Shown here one piece after another: positions 15,574 through 29,070 of a stretch of 64,000 nucleotides of DNA. The stretch's first letter is position 1. Every line of letters begins with the position of its first letter. A program made the translations under genes and the position numbers. Origin of the DNA: the human T2T-CHM13v2.0 reference genome, Homo sapiens; NCBI RefSeq assembly GCF_009914755.1, contig NC_060930.1. The stretch is one strand, 5' to 3'. Under the pieces are notes generated by a model. The model ran no database searches and was not told the DNA's origin. It saw only the letters and a program-made list of their open reading frames with translations.

Positions 15574-18500
15574 GGTCGTTGTGAATGTTAGCTCCAGATC
15601 AACTGCAAGAACAAATCAGCAATCCCAAGAGGACCCACAGACCCTCTGAAGGAAGCAGACTGCTTCTGCAGGACCTGGGAGTCACCTCAAATACCGAGAG
15701 TGCCCCAACTGTGGAAGTGGGAAAGGGAGACCCTCTTCTCCCGAATACACACCCCCACTGTAGAAAATGATGGGCTGTTTGCAGGAGAAATTTCCAACTT
15801 TATCAGGAGCTGAGTCAATTTGGAGAGTTGAGCAAAATGCAGGGGCAGAGGAAGCAGCAGAAAGACACTGAGAGCTCGCTGGGTCCCCTAGCAGGCCATT
15901 CCTGCCTGGCACCACAGGGATTCATCAGGAGGGTGGTCAGAAGAGCAGGGGGTAAAACCACAGGGAGAAGAAAATCTCTAGCTGAACTTTGTAACAATTT
16001 GAATGGGGTGAGAAGCCTCCTGGCCAGAACTCCGGGGAGGGTGCAAATCTGGTGTGCAGACTCCACAGGCAGGGGAAGAACCAAGCCCTTTTCTTTTGCA
16101 GCTGGAAGGTGGGTAGCCTTGGGCAAGTTTTCAAGCCCATCTCGCCCTCCACCTGGAAACAGACTTGGGCTGTTGGCGGGGGACATGGTGGGAGTGAGAC
16201 TGGCCCTTTGGTTAGCTTGGGAGCTGGGTGAGGCCTGTGACTGCTGGCTTTCCCCGACTTCCCTGTCAACCTGCATGACTCAGCAGAGACAGCCATAATC
16301 CTCCTACTTACACAACTCCAGTGACCTGGGAATCTCACCCCCATCCCCCACAGCAGCTACAGCAAGACCCACCCAAGGAGAGTCTGAGCCCAGACATTCC
16401 TAGCCCTGCCCCCGTTTGATGGTCCTTCCCTACCCACCCAGGTAGCAGAAGACAAAAGGCCACGCCCACTACTGGTCCCTCTCCATACTACTGCAGCTGA
16501 TGCTCTCTGGAAAGCACCACCTCCTGCACTTTGGTGCAGGAGGCCAACCAGCACAATAATAGAGCATTAAACCACAAAAGCTAAGAACCCTCACAGAGTC
16601 CATTGCACTCCCCTGCCACCTCCACCAGAATAGGCACTGGTATTCATGGCTGAGAGACCCACAGATGGTTCACATAACAGGACTCTGTGCAGACAACCCC
16701 AGTACCAGCCCAGAGCCGGGTAGACGCGCTGGGTGGCTAGACCCAGAAGAGAGACAACAATCACTGCAGTTTGGCTCACAGGAAGCCACATCCATAGGAA
16801 AAGGGGGAGAGTACTACATCAAGAGAACACCCTAGGGGACAAAAGAATCTGAACAACAGCCTTCAGCCCTAGACCTTCACTCTGACAGAGCCTACCCAAA
16901 TGAGAAGGAACCAGAAAACCAACGCTGGTAATATGACAAAACAAGGCTTCTCAGCACACCCCAAAAATCATACTAGTTCACCAGCAAAGGATTCAAACCA
17001 AGAAGAAATCTCTGATTTACCTGAAAAAGAATTCAGGAGTTAGGTTATTAAGCTAATCAGGGAGGCACCAGAGAAAGGTGAAGCCCAGTGCAAGGAAATC
17101 CAAAAAACAATACAAGAAGTGAAGGGAGAAATATTCAAGGAAATAGATCGATTAAAAAAAATCAACAATTCAGGAAACTCTGGACACACTTTTAGAAATG
17201 TGAAATGCTCTGGAAAATCTCAGCAATAGAATCGAACAATTAAAAGAAAGAAATTCAGAGCTCTAAGACAAGGTCTTTGAATTAACCCAATCCAATAAAG
17301 ACAAAGAACAGTGAATAAGAAAATATGAACAAAGCTTCCAAGAAGTCTGGGATTATGTTAAATGACCAAATCTAAGAATAATCGGTTTTCCTGAGGAATA
17401 AGAGAATTCTAAAATCTTGTAAAACATATTTGGGGGAATAATCAAGGAAAACTACTCCAGCCTTGCTAGAGACTTAGACATCCAAATACAAGAAGCACAA
17501 AGAACACCTGGGAAATTCATTGCAAAAAGATCATCACCTAGGCACATTGTCATCAGGTTATCCAAAGTTAAGATGAAGGAAACAATCTTAAGAGCTGTGA
17601 GAGAAGCACCAGGTAACCTCTAAAGGAAAAACCTATCAGATTAACAACAGATTTCTGAGCAGAAACCTTACAAGCCAGAAGGGATTGGGGCCCTATCTTC
17701 AGCCTCCTCAAACAGAACAATCATCAGCCAAGAATTTTGTATCCAGTGAAACTAAGCATCATATATGAAGGAAAGATGAAGTCTTTTTCAGACAAACAAA
17801 TACTGAGAGAATTCGCCATTACCAAGCCACCAGTACAAGAACTGCTGAAAGGAGCTCTAAATCTTGAAACAAATCCTGGAAACACATCAAAACAGAACCT
17901 CTTTAAAGCATAAATCACATAGGCCCTATAAGACAAAAATAGAAGTTAAAAAGCAAAAACAAAATAACCAAAGTACACAGGCAACAAAGAGCACAATGAA
18001 TGCAATGGTGCCTCCCATTTCAATACTAACATTGAATGTAAACGGCCTAAATGCTCCACTTAAAAGATACAGAACCACAGAATGGCTAAGAAATCACCAA
18101 CCAACTATCTGCTGCCTTTAGGAGACTCACCTAAGACTTAAGGACACACATAAACTTAAAGGAAAGGGGTAGAAAAAGGCATTTCATGCAAATAGACACC
18201 AAAAGCAAGCAGAGGTAGCTATTCTTATATCAGACAAGAAAAACAGACAAGAAAAACCTTAAACCAACAGCAGTAAAAAGAGACAAAGAGGGACATTATA
18301 TAATGGTAAAAGGTCTTGTCCAACAGGAAAATATTGCAATCCTAAATATATATGCACCTAACACTGGAGCTCCCAAAGTTATAAAACAATTACTAACAGA
18401 CCTAAGAAATTAGATAGATAGCAACACAAAAATAGTGGGGGACTTTAATACTCCACTGACAGCACTAAACTGATCATCAAGACAGAAAATCAACAAAGAA

Positions 18501-21500
18501 ACAATGGATTTAAACTATATCTTGGAACAACTGGACTTAACAGATATATACAGAACATTTCATCCAACAACCACAGAATACACATTCTATTCAATAGTGC
18601 ACGGAACTTTCTCCAAGATAGATCATATGGTAGGCCATAAAATGAGCCTCAATAAATTTAAGAAAACTGAAATTATATCAAGCACTCTCTCAGACCACAG
18701 TGGAATAAAACTGGAAATCAACTGCAAAAGGAATCTTCAAAACCATGCAAATACATGGAAATTAAATAACCTGCTCCCAAATGAGCACTGGCTCAAAAAC
18801 AAAATCAAGAAGGAAATTTAAAAATTATTTGAACTGAATGACAATAATAACCAACCTACCAAAACCTCTGGGATTCAGCAAAGGCAGTGCTGAGAGGAAA
18901 GTTCATGGCCCTAAATGCCTACATCAAAAAGACTAAAAAAGCAAAAATTGACTTCTAAGGTCACACCTCATAGAACTAGAGAAACAAGAGCAAACCAAAC
19001 CCAAACCCAGCAGAAGAAAGAAATAACCAAGATCAGAGCAGAAATAAATAAAATTGAAACAACAACAAAAAAATACAAAAGATAAATGAAATAAAAAGCT
19101 GGTTCTTTGAAAAGATAAATAAAATTGATAGACCATTAGCAAGATTAACCAAGAAGAGAAGAGAGAAAATACAAATAACTTCACTAAGAAATGAAACAGG
19201 AGACATTACAATTGACACCACTGAAATAAAAAAGATCACTCAAGGCTATTATGAACACCTTTACCCACATAAACTAAAAACCTAGAAGAGATGGATAAAT
19301 TCCTAGAAAAATACATCCCTCCTAGTTTAAATCAGGAAGAATTAGATACCCTAAGCAGACCAATAACAAGCAGCAAGACTGAAATCATAATTTAAAAATT
19401 ACCAACAAAAAAAAGTCCAGGACCAGTTGGATTCACAGAATTCTACCAGACATTCCAAGAAGAATTGGTGCCAATACTTTTGACACTATTCCACAAGATA
19501 GAGAAATAAGGAATTCTCCCCAATTCATTTTATGAAGTCAGTATTACCTGAATACCAAAATCAGGAAAGGACATAATGAAAAATGAAAACTACAGACCAA
19601 TATCCTTGATGAACATAAATGTTAAAATCCTTAACAAAATACTAGCTAACGGAATCCAATAACATATCAAAAAGATAATCCACCATGATCAAGTGGGTTT
19701 CATACCAGGGATGAAGGGATGGTTTAACATATGCAAGTCAATAAATTCAATACACCACATAAACAGAATTAAAAACGAAAATCATATGATCATCTCAATT
19801 GATGCAGAAAAAGCATGAGACAAAATCCAGCATCACTTTGTGATTAAAACTCTCAGCAAAATCAGCATTCAAGGGACATACCTTAATGTAATAAAAGCTT
19901 TCCATGAAAAACCCACAGCCAACATATATTGAATGGGTAAAAGTTGAAAGCATTCCCTCTGAGAGCTGGAACAAGACAAGGATGTCCACTCTCACCACTT
20001 CTCTTCAACATAGTACTAGAAGTCCTAGCCAGAGCAATTAGACAAGAGAAAGAAATAAAGAGCATTCAGATCGGGAAAGAGGAAGTCAAACTGTCACTAT
20101 TTGCTGACGATATGATCTTTTACCTTGAAAAACCTAAAGACTCCTCTAGAAAGCTCCTAGAACTGATAAAAGAATTCAGCACAGTTTCCAGATACAAGAT
20201 TAATGTACACATATCAGCAGTTCTTCTATACATCAGCAACAACCAAGCAGAAAATTAAATCAAGAGCTCAATTCCTTTTACAATAGTTGCAAAAAAAAAC
20301 GTAAGATAGTTAGGAATATGCCTAACCAAGGAGTCGAAAGACCTCTACAAGGAAAACTACAAAACACTGCTGAAAGCAATTATAGACAACACAAACAAAT
20401 GGAAACACATCCCACGCTTATGGATGGGTATAATCAATCTTGGGAAAATGACCATACTGCCAAAAGCAATCTGCAAATTCAATGCAATCCCCAACAAAAT
20501 ACCACCGTAATTCTTCACAGAGTTAGAAAAAACAATTCTAAAATTCATATGGAACCACAAAAGAGCCCACATAACCAAAACAAGACTAAGCAAAAAGTAC
20601 AAATCTGGACGCATCACACTACCTGATTTCCAACTATACTATAAGGCCATAGTCACCAAAATATCATGGTACTGTTATAAAAATAGGCACATAGATCAAT
20701 GGAACAAAATAGAGAACCCATAAATAAACCCGAATACTTACAGCCAACTGATCTTCGAAAAAGCAAACAAAACATAAAGTAGGGAAAGGACACCCTTTTC
20801 AACAAATGGTGCTGGGATAATTGGCTAGCCACATGTAGGAGAATGAAACTGGATCTTCATCTCTCACCTTATACAGAAATCAACCCAAGATGGATAAAGG
20901 ATTTAAACCTAAGACATGAAACTATAAAAATTCTAGAAGATAACATTGGAAAAACCCTTCTAGACATTCATTGCCTTAGGCAAAGATTTCATGACCAATA
21001 ACCCAAAAGCAAATGCAATAAAAACAAAGATAAATAGCTGGGACCTAATTAAACTAAAGAGCTTTTGCACAGCAAAAGGAACAGTTGGCAGAGTAAACAG
21101 ACAACCCACAGAGTGGGAGAAAATCTTCACAATCTATACATCTGACAAAGGACTAATATCCAGAATCTACAACAAACTCAAACAAGACAGTAAGAAAAAA
21201 AACAGACAATCTCATCAAAAAGTGGGCTAAGGACATGAATAGACAATTCTCAAAAGAAGATATACAAATGGCCAACAAAAATATGAAAAAATGCTCAACA
21301 TCACTAATGATCAAGGAAATGCAAATCAAAACCACAATGAAACACCACCTTACTCCTGCAAGAATGGCCATAATAAAAAAAATAAAAAAACAGTAGTGGC
21401 ATGTATGTGGTGATTAGGGAACACTTCTACACTGCTGGTGGGGATGTAAACTAGTACAGCCACTATGGAAAACAGTGTGGAGATTCTTTGAAGAACTAAA

Positions 21501-22075
21501 AGTAGAACTACCATTTGATCCAGCAATCCCACTACTGAGTATCTACCCAAAGGAAAAGAAGCCATTATTTGAAAAAGATTGAACACGCATGTTTATAGCA
21601 GCACAATTCACAATTACAAAATTGTGAAACCAAACCAAATGCCCATCAGTCAATGAGTGGATAAAGAAACTGTGGTGTGTGTGTGTGTGTGTGTGTGTAT
21701 GTATATATATACATGATGGAATACAACTCAGCCATAAAAAGGAATGAATTAACAGCATTTGCAGTGACCTGGATGAGATTGGAGACTATTATTCTAAGTG
21801 AAGTAACTCAGGAATGGAAAACCAAACATCATGTGTTCTCACTAATTTGTGGGAGCTAAGCTATAAGGACACAAAGACATAAGAATGATACAATGAACTT
21901 TGCGGACTTGGGGGAAGAGTGGGAGGGGGACGAGGGACAAAAGACTACAAATACGGTGCAGTGTGTACTTCTCGGATGATGGGTGCACCAAAATCTCACA
22001 AATCACCACTAAAAAATTTACTCATGTAACCAAATACCACCTGTACTCAATAACTGACGGAAAAATGTTAAAAAA
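15574..22075 (+). mobile_element. Near-full-length L1PB1-type LINE-1, degenerate
   Basis: L1PB-type 5'UTR (GTGAATGTTAGCTCCAG...GGACCCACAGACCCTCTGAAGGAAGCAGAC); ORF1 from ~16900 and ORF2 ~17996-21859 with many stops ([15 protein letters not shown]); L1PB1-type 3'UTR (GGGTGCACCAAAATCTCACAAATCACCACTAAA). Confidence 0.9.
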
Positions 22076-22366
22076 TGATATCATACTACCTTTTTCCCTT
22101 TGAGCCTCCGAAAGGTGTGATGAAAGGATTTTAATAATCACTTTATTTTACATGGTCAAACAAGGTAAAAAAATATGTTTTAGTTTGGGTTGGAACCACA
22201 GTAATTTCAAGACAATAAGAAATTATACTATTAGAATAAAGCACATGAGCTTGTATGCACTAGAATATACTTCATTCTCAGGTAAAAGTCTACACATCTT
22301 ATAACCTGTGAGGAAATGGGCTCAGGAAAGATGACGAATGTGGCCAACTTCACAGGTCATATGAGT

Positions 22367-22706
22367 CAGGGTCCCCAACCCCTGTGCTGCAAGCCAGTAT
22401 TGGTCAGTGCCCTGTTAGGAACTAGGGTGCACAGCAGGAGGTGAGCAGAGTGCAAATGAGCATTACTGCCTGAGCTCCGCCTCCTGTCGGATCAGCAGCT
22501 GCATTAGATTCTCATAGGAGAGCAAACCCTCTTGTGAACTGCACATGCAAGGGATCTAGGTTGCATGCTCCTTATGAGAATCTAATGCCTGATGATCTGA
22601 AGTGGAACAGTTTCATCCTGAAACCATCCCTCCTCTCACCCCTGTCCCCGGGAAAATTGTCTTCCAGGAACCAGGTTCCTGGTGCCAAAAAGGTTGAGGA
22701 ATGCTG
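22367..22706 (+). mobile_element. MER1B (hAT-Charlie non-autonomous DNA transposon) inserted in a MIR
   Basis: Termini CAGGGTCCCCAACC ... GGTTGAGGAATGCTG; internal palindromic ATTAGATTCTCATAGGAG / CTCCTTATGAGAATCTAAT; 8-bp TSD ATATGAGT / ATGTAAGT. Confidence 0.9.
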
Positions 22707-23189
22707 ATGTAAGTGACAGAACAAAATTTAAATCTAAAGATGATCACAAACCCTGTTTCTCTCCTGCAACATGGATAATGAAGCTTGAGATAGATATACT
22801 CTGTGAAAAACTTTCAAGCTGATTGAGTCATGGGCAGAAAAGAAGTGCCACCTTTTACTTCATCAATGCCAAACTTATCTTTCAACTGTCTCACAACCAA
22901 AGTTATTTGACTTCACGATTTTTTTTTCATATTTCTGAATTTAGTATGCAAAAGGAAAGGTAACGAGAAAGATTATTCAATACATTTCAAATTGCAAAAA
23001 TGTTTCTATGTTAATTAAACTTAGCATTTAAAATGGATAAGGTAGATTTCTCCCAAACCTTTTGAAAATGATAAAGCTTTTTACATGAGTGATTGCATTT
23101 ATTTAAAATGGGTTGTGTTTATATAGCTGAGGGGTGCCACGTCTGTTCTTTCTCACTTTCTATATAGAAGTGAAACAAAAAAGGCAACC

Positions 23190-23191
<2 letters not shown>

Positions 23192-23232
<41 letters not shown>
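23192..23232. repeat. (TG)~20 microsatellite
   Basis: Directly visible. Confidence 0.97.
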
Positions 23233-23234
<2 letters not shown>

Positions 23235-24239
23235 GAGAAACAAAGAGAGAAGGAAAGAGGAGCAAGACGGGAGAAGGAAAAGGAGATGCTATATTTTATT
23301 TTTCCACTCAGTGCTTTTGCATTTCAGAAGGCAAATGCTCAAAGTTTACTGACTTGGACTCAGAGGAGAAGCTCAATTCACATGCACTTATCTCTTTAGA
23401 TAACTCCATAAATTACAAATGCTTTTGTTTGTTTGTTTGGTGCTGCTGACTTTTGGAAATTCCTAAAAAACTCTTTTAAATTTTTATGCAGAATCATTGC
23501 TTACTCAAGATGTTTTATTGTAAGCTTTCCCAAAGTGTCTTGTAGAAATAGTAAAGAAAACATAAATATAAGTTTCTTTTCTAACAACTTTTCATTTACA
23601 ATATCATGTTACTTACATAAAATTACTTTTTCCATATTTTATCTATATGTTTTTCTACATTTTTCTGTAATTGGAAATGGATTGCAAGAATATTTCATTA
23701 CATTTAAAATGTCAAGGATGCCTAGAAACGTTAGAAAATTGAGCTTTTTCTTTTCATGACTAAATTATCAGTACAAGAAAAAGTTGGTTGCAACTCAAAA
23801 CCAAAACATACATTACCTTAAAGTACTATTTCAAAGATACTGCTATTTTTATAACAGTTTTGGACTTGATTTATTAAATAAATTAATAAGACCCAATAGC
23901 TATTTTAAAATATGATTTGACTTTAAAATAAAAAATTACTAGTATATGGGACACATGTGTAAGTCTGATTTTCAAATGAAGCCTTTCAATTTTTTAAATT
24001 TGCCTAATGGATATCCATTCTTAAAATAGAAGCAAGTGCCCATATAAAGACCACAACTTTTTAAGTTGTAATCATTTCAATATGCTGAGTTCAGGCTTAT
24101 TTGAACTGATGCACTACATGAGAGATTTTACCGTCTCTTATGGATTAAAACAAACTAGTAACACATTATGTCTTCTACTTCTTAATATAAGTTTTATTCT
24201 AGTAAATTACAAATGTTTTTATATAAAATTCTCATTTAA

Positions 24240-24529
<290 letters not shown>

Positions 24530-26035
24530 CATTCCTTATCCTTTATTAAATGAGCAATTTCCAAGACTGTTTACTCCATCTATGTAAAATACACTTGGTC
24601 TTGAAGATGCAGCCACTTTTCTCACTCATTCTAGAGAGGGAAAGGATGACGCCATTTGGAATTGTAACAAGCTGGTATAATAGGAAGAAATATTTATGTC
24701 AAACAGACCAGATCGCAAACAAATGTTTTATAAGGAAAAATTGGTACTTGTAAGCAAGAGCATTGGAGGAAACATTCTTTTTTATAAAATGTTTTATGAG
24801 AAAATTTGCTGACACAAGGAAGTTTCACTTAGAATTCCATAACAAGAAAGAGATTAGATCAAATTCGCTCAAATTCACAAACTGTGTCATCCTTCTTCTT
24901 TGGTCTTTTACAAGTCAAAATGCAAGTAAAAAACTATTTCTTTTATACTAGCATTAACAGTTAGGAAAGGGCTGTGAAGCAGGAAACTGGCCCTGATCTC
25001 AACAGAAGGCCCTTTTCCTGTTTCCCGCATCATGGGGAACATTCCTGGTCTTCAGAGTAAATATCTCTTGATACTGAACAGTCAAGACAGACAGATGCCC
25101 CTATCTATCTTGGCAGCTGTAGAGGGTAAGAAAAACAAAACTGCTTCCTCTTATGGATAGGACAGTGAGAAAAAGTTAATTGTTTTCACAAAAGGTCTTT
25201 TTAATAATCAATAACAGGAAATCAAAACCAATATAACAAAAGAAGAAAGTTGTAAGTTTAGAGATACAAGTTTCCTGTCTATTAAAATATATTTATAGCT
25301 CATAATTCATGGGGAACTCTCATTTCTTTCCCTTTTCATTTTCCTTTTTTTTCTTTTGATGCTTTGCCACCTATTTGTTTTTGTGTTTTTAAGAAAATTT
25401 ACTCAACAGTTATTAATACTTACCTACTTTTCCATGACACTAAGCTGAATTATACTTGTTTTAACATATTAACTGAACTGAAAGATACCTATGTTACCTC
25501 AGGCCAAGCCCTAGTACAGTGTTTCAGTTAAAAAAATAAAAAACAAGAGTCTAAAATTCTAAGAAAAAATTGAAAATATGTTTAAATCTTTATTGAAATA
25601 TCTCAAATAGTCAACATCATATGATCCAAAACAAAATATTCTAAAGATTCCATTCGTAATCTAGTTTCCCAAGCCTCCGCCATCACAGCTTTCTCTCCAA
25701 AATTCTTTTTTCTTCCGAAAGCACTACTAAATCCTACTAGTAAATATCATCTGGCAGATGAGGAAACCCAGTCTTTCAGAGATTAAGGGAACTAATAAAA
25801 ATCTTACAGTTGATCCTTTAGTTCAAACTCATGACTACTGCATCCTCATTTATATGTAGCAGAGAGAAAATTTAGAGTCAAGAGTAGATGAGCATAATTT
25901 TCTAATTGACAAATCTAAATTTTCCTGGCCAGTCTTTGTGTTATCCATCTCTCTGGAGCACTGGGGCCTGTTATACCCTTTTCTCTTTCATATTCTCTCA
26001 TCTTTGGCTTTATCAGTTTGTATTCTAATGATATT

Positions 26036-26471
26036 TGTGATAGCTAATTTTATGCATCAATTCGGGTAGGCTTTGGTAACACTTATTTGATCAAAGATAA
26101 GTCTAGATGTTTCTACAAAGGTAGTTTTTAGATGTAATTCACATTTAAATCATAGACTTTGAATAAAGCAGATTACCCTCTGTAATGTGGGATGGGCCTT
26201 GTCTAATCAGTTGAAGGCCTTAAAGAGAAAAGACTGAAGTCCCCCAAGGAGGAAGGAAGTCTTCTTTCAGACTGCCTTCAGACTCAAGACTGCAAAACAA
26301 ACTATTCCCTGGGCCCTCAGACTGCCTGCATGCCCTGCAGATTTTGGACTTACTAGCCCCTGCAGCTGCATCAGCCAATCCTTTAACATAAATAATATTT
26401 TCTCAATAAATAGATAGAGAGATAGATGTCTCCTACTGGTTTTGTTTCTCTGGAGAATGCTGACTAAATCA
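26036..26471 (+). mobile_element. ERVL solo LTR (MLT2D-like)
   Basis: TGTGATAGCTAATTTTATG start; TAAAGCAGATTACCCTC...AATCAGTTGAAGGCCTTAA; end CTGGTTTTGTTTCTCTGGAGAATGCTGACTAAATCA. Confidence 0.85.
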
Positions 26472-26654
26472 ATGTGTTCTACATTTCCTTTCTTGGGTCT
26501 ATGCTGTGTTCTAAACAGCCTCAGATTCATGGCTGACCTGCTCTTTAGTTATGTTTGAAGCTAACCTTTGTATGACAGTGTTTTTGAGATCATTTGCTCT
26601 TTAGGAAATTGATGAGTATTATCAGAAATAGAAATATTTCTGTGATTAAAAAAA

Positions 26655-26859
26655 AGGGGAACACTGGTTTAAAAAAGTTAAACAGATTTCCTTAACATAC
26701 AGAATTTTTGGATCCTTTGATATATTGTGTGTGCATTGTAAATGCAAAAGAAAAAATATAATATATTAAGCTGCCCAAAAGTGTTTTGTCATGAAAACTG
26801 TTTTTAACAAATAATATCATAGAACTAGAGTTTCTCATAACATATTCCAAGAAATGCTG
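26655..26859 (-). mobile_element. hAT-Charlie fossil (MER103C-like)
   Basis: GGGAACACTGG...AAAGTTAAACAGATTTC...GTGCATTGTAAAT...GAAATGCTG matches the reverse complement of MER103C as I recall it. Confidence 0.55.
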
Positions 26860-26954
26860 TGCCAGGGCTAACTTATGACTTCAATATCTATATCTCCCTC
26901 ATTTGTAAACTCCTGACTCATATATTCAGTTGTCCACTGCAGATTACCACTTAC

Positions 26955-27452
26955 GTGGATCAAGCTCAGCATCCTGCCTGACATGTGGTCTCCATGTTCT
27001 CTCCAGGTCCCTCTCCACCCTGACCCTTATGGGTTACATTAATCAAGCCCCATGTCCTCTGAATGTGGGCTGTTTTGGCCTATGAGAGCAACATCCAGAG
27101 ATAATACAGTAAGACAAAGAGAGAGATCTGGGCATCTATTCTCTAGTTTCCTCCCAGGCTCACTGAGAATTTTACATACATCATTTTACAGAGTGTTGGT
27201 TGGTGGTTGTGGTCCCCTACTGAAGGACACGACCTTCAGATGTTCTGATTGGACATCTCTTCCCTAAAGCTATAAGGCTTTCTGGATGTCTAAACCATTC
27301 TATTCTCTTGCCTCTTCAGGCATAGGAGTGATAAAGGCTTCCTACTTTGGCTAGCTCTTGGGGCTCCACCATAACCCTGCAAACCTTTAAAAGTACTATA
27401 TTCATTAAACTCTTTTAATCACTCATGCAAGTGTTCCAGGGACCCCAATACA
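26955..27452 (+). mobile_element. ERVL solo LTR (LTR33-like) within L2 debris
   Basis: TTGCCTCTTCAGGCATAGGAGTGATAAAGGCTTCC...TTCATTAAACTCTT...CCAGGGACCCCAATACA. Confidence 0.55.
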
Positions 27453-27589
27453 CCCAGCAAGCCCCAAATGTAACTCATTATTATCTCTCAAAACCTGTTC
27501 TTATTCTTAATGCCATTCAATTAACCAAATCAGATAAGAACTTTAGCAATTATACTCAGCTCTAACACTTAATTGCCATTTTAGGATAA

Positions 27590-27790
27590 TGGAAATAGAC
27601 TGAGCCTTGGTAGGAGACACCTGGCTTTCAATTCCAGTTATACCATTTTTAGAGCTGTGTTATCTTAGGCAATTTACTTGATTTCTCCGATCTTCTCTTT
27701 AAAATGACATAAATCATATTCACTACTTGTAGTTGTTTTGAGAGTAAAATGTGATTGTTTAAAAGAAAAGTAGCATAAGTTTTCCCATGG
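27590..27790 (+). mobile_element. MIR SINE
   Basis: GGAGACACCTGGCTTTCAATTCCAG...GCTGTGTTATCTTAGGCAATTTACTT. Confidence 0.65.
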
Positions 27791-28914
27791 GCAGTATTCT
27801 CCTAAATTTGTCTTATACTCCCAACTCTTAAGCTCACCACTCACCAATTCATCCTTTCTATAGTTGACACATAATCTTGAAAACAAAGTTAATCATACTA
27901 CTCTCTGCTCAATTGCTTAAGCAGTACCACACAGTCTATCAGGACATGTAAAAGCTTTAGCTGTGTATACAAAACATTCCAAGATATGGTTCCAGTCCTG
28001 TATTGAAAAATTATATTAGAGTTTTATGTATACTGACCAATGTCATGAAAGCAATCACCTTACTAGCTTCTGTGGATACCAATAAAGAGCTACCATAAAA
28101 TTAATGGTTTTTATATGTATAAGAAATTTCCTGATATAAAAAATATTAACAGCAACCAATGGTTGAGTATCTAACTGTGCTAGAAAATGTGCTGTATTGT
28201 TATTAGCAACTCTTTAAGTTAAATAGGTGGTAAAAGTAGTTTGGTTTATATATTTTATCATAATTTGTAACTAAAGGGCAATCCTATTAAAAATCACCAA
28301 AAGATATGACTTTATTTCTCCACAAAACAAAGAAAAATATTATATTGACCTGAAGTTCAATAAAATCTATTGTGTCATGGAGTTAATGAAATAAAAATTG
28401 AGGCCAAATTTCTATTTTATTATTTTATTTTATTTTTTTACTTCTCAGGATATATCTCACTGAGGAGCTAAGGTAATAAAGTTCTTGGTTTAATAGAATT
28501 GTAAATAAAACCTTACTAGCTCCTGTAGAATATTGTCTTCAGATGCATCCTATGGTAAAAAATTATCCTATAATAAATTTTATATAATGTTCTTTTCTCC
28601 TCTGTATCTATAAAAATTCAACTAACTTACTCTTTATGGCTCAATGAAAGACTTGAGGTTTCACTTGATAACCTTGCCTCATTTATATCTCATCTTCCTC
28701 CTTTTACAGCCTTTATGATTTATGTAACTTATTTTTGTGTTTCAGTAAATAATGCTTCATAGTATTATCCATTGTCCCAACAACTTTAACATCTCTATCA
28801 TATCTACAGTTGCTATTTAACCACTGGGCAAAGCTATGTAGGGTTCACTCTGTTCTTCTGCCAGTTTATTACCAATCTACCAGCCTGAAAAATACAGGTG
28901 TGAAATCTTTGGGT

Positions 28915-29070
28915 ATAAAAGCATAGAGGGACTTTAGAGACTATTTAAGTTTGGTTCATAGGTGAAGAAATTGAGGCCCTAAGAAGTCAATTGATTTGTC
29001 AAAGACCATGCAACTCATTAGTATCAAAGCTGAGATTGGGCAGGACTCTGGTCTTCTCTCTAGAGTTCTC
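28915..29070 (-). mobile_element. MIR-family SINE
   Basis: GAAGAAATTGAGGCCCTAAGAAGTCAATTGATTTGTCAAAGACCA. Confidence 0.65.

Noticed and set aside
15585-16791. Cluster of 60-156 aa ORFs in GC-richer DNA
   Set aside because: Lies in the L1PB1 5'UTR; GC content explains the scarcity of stops
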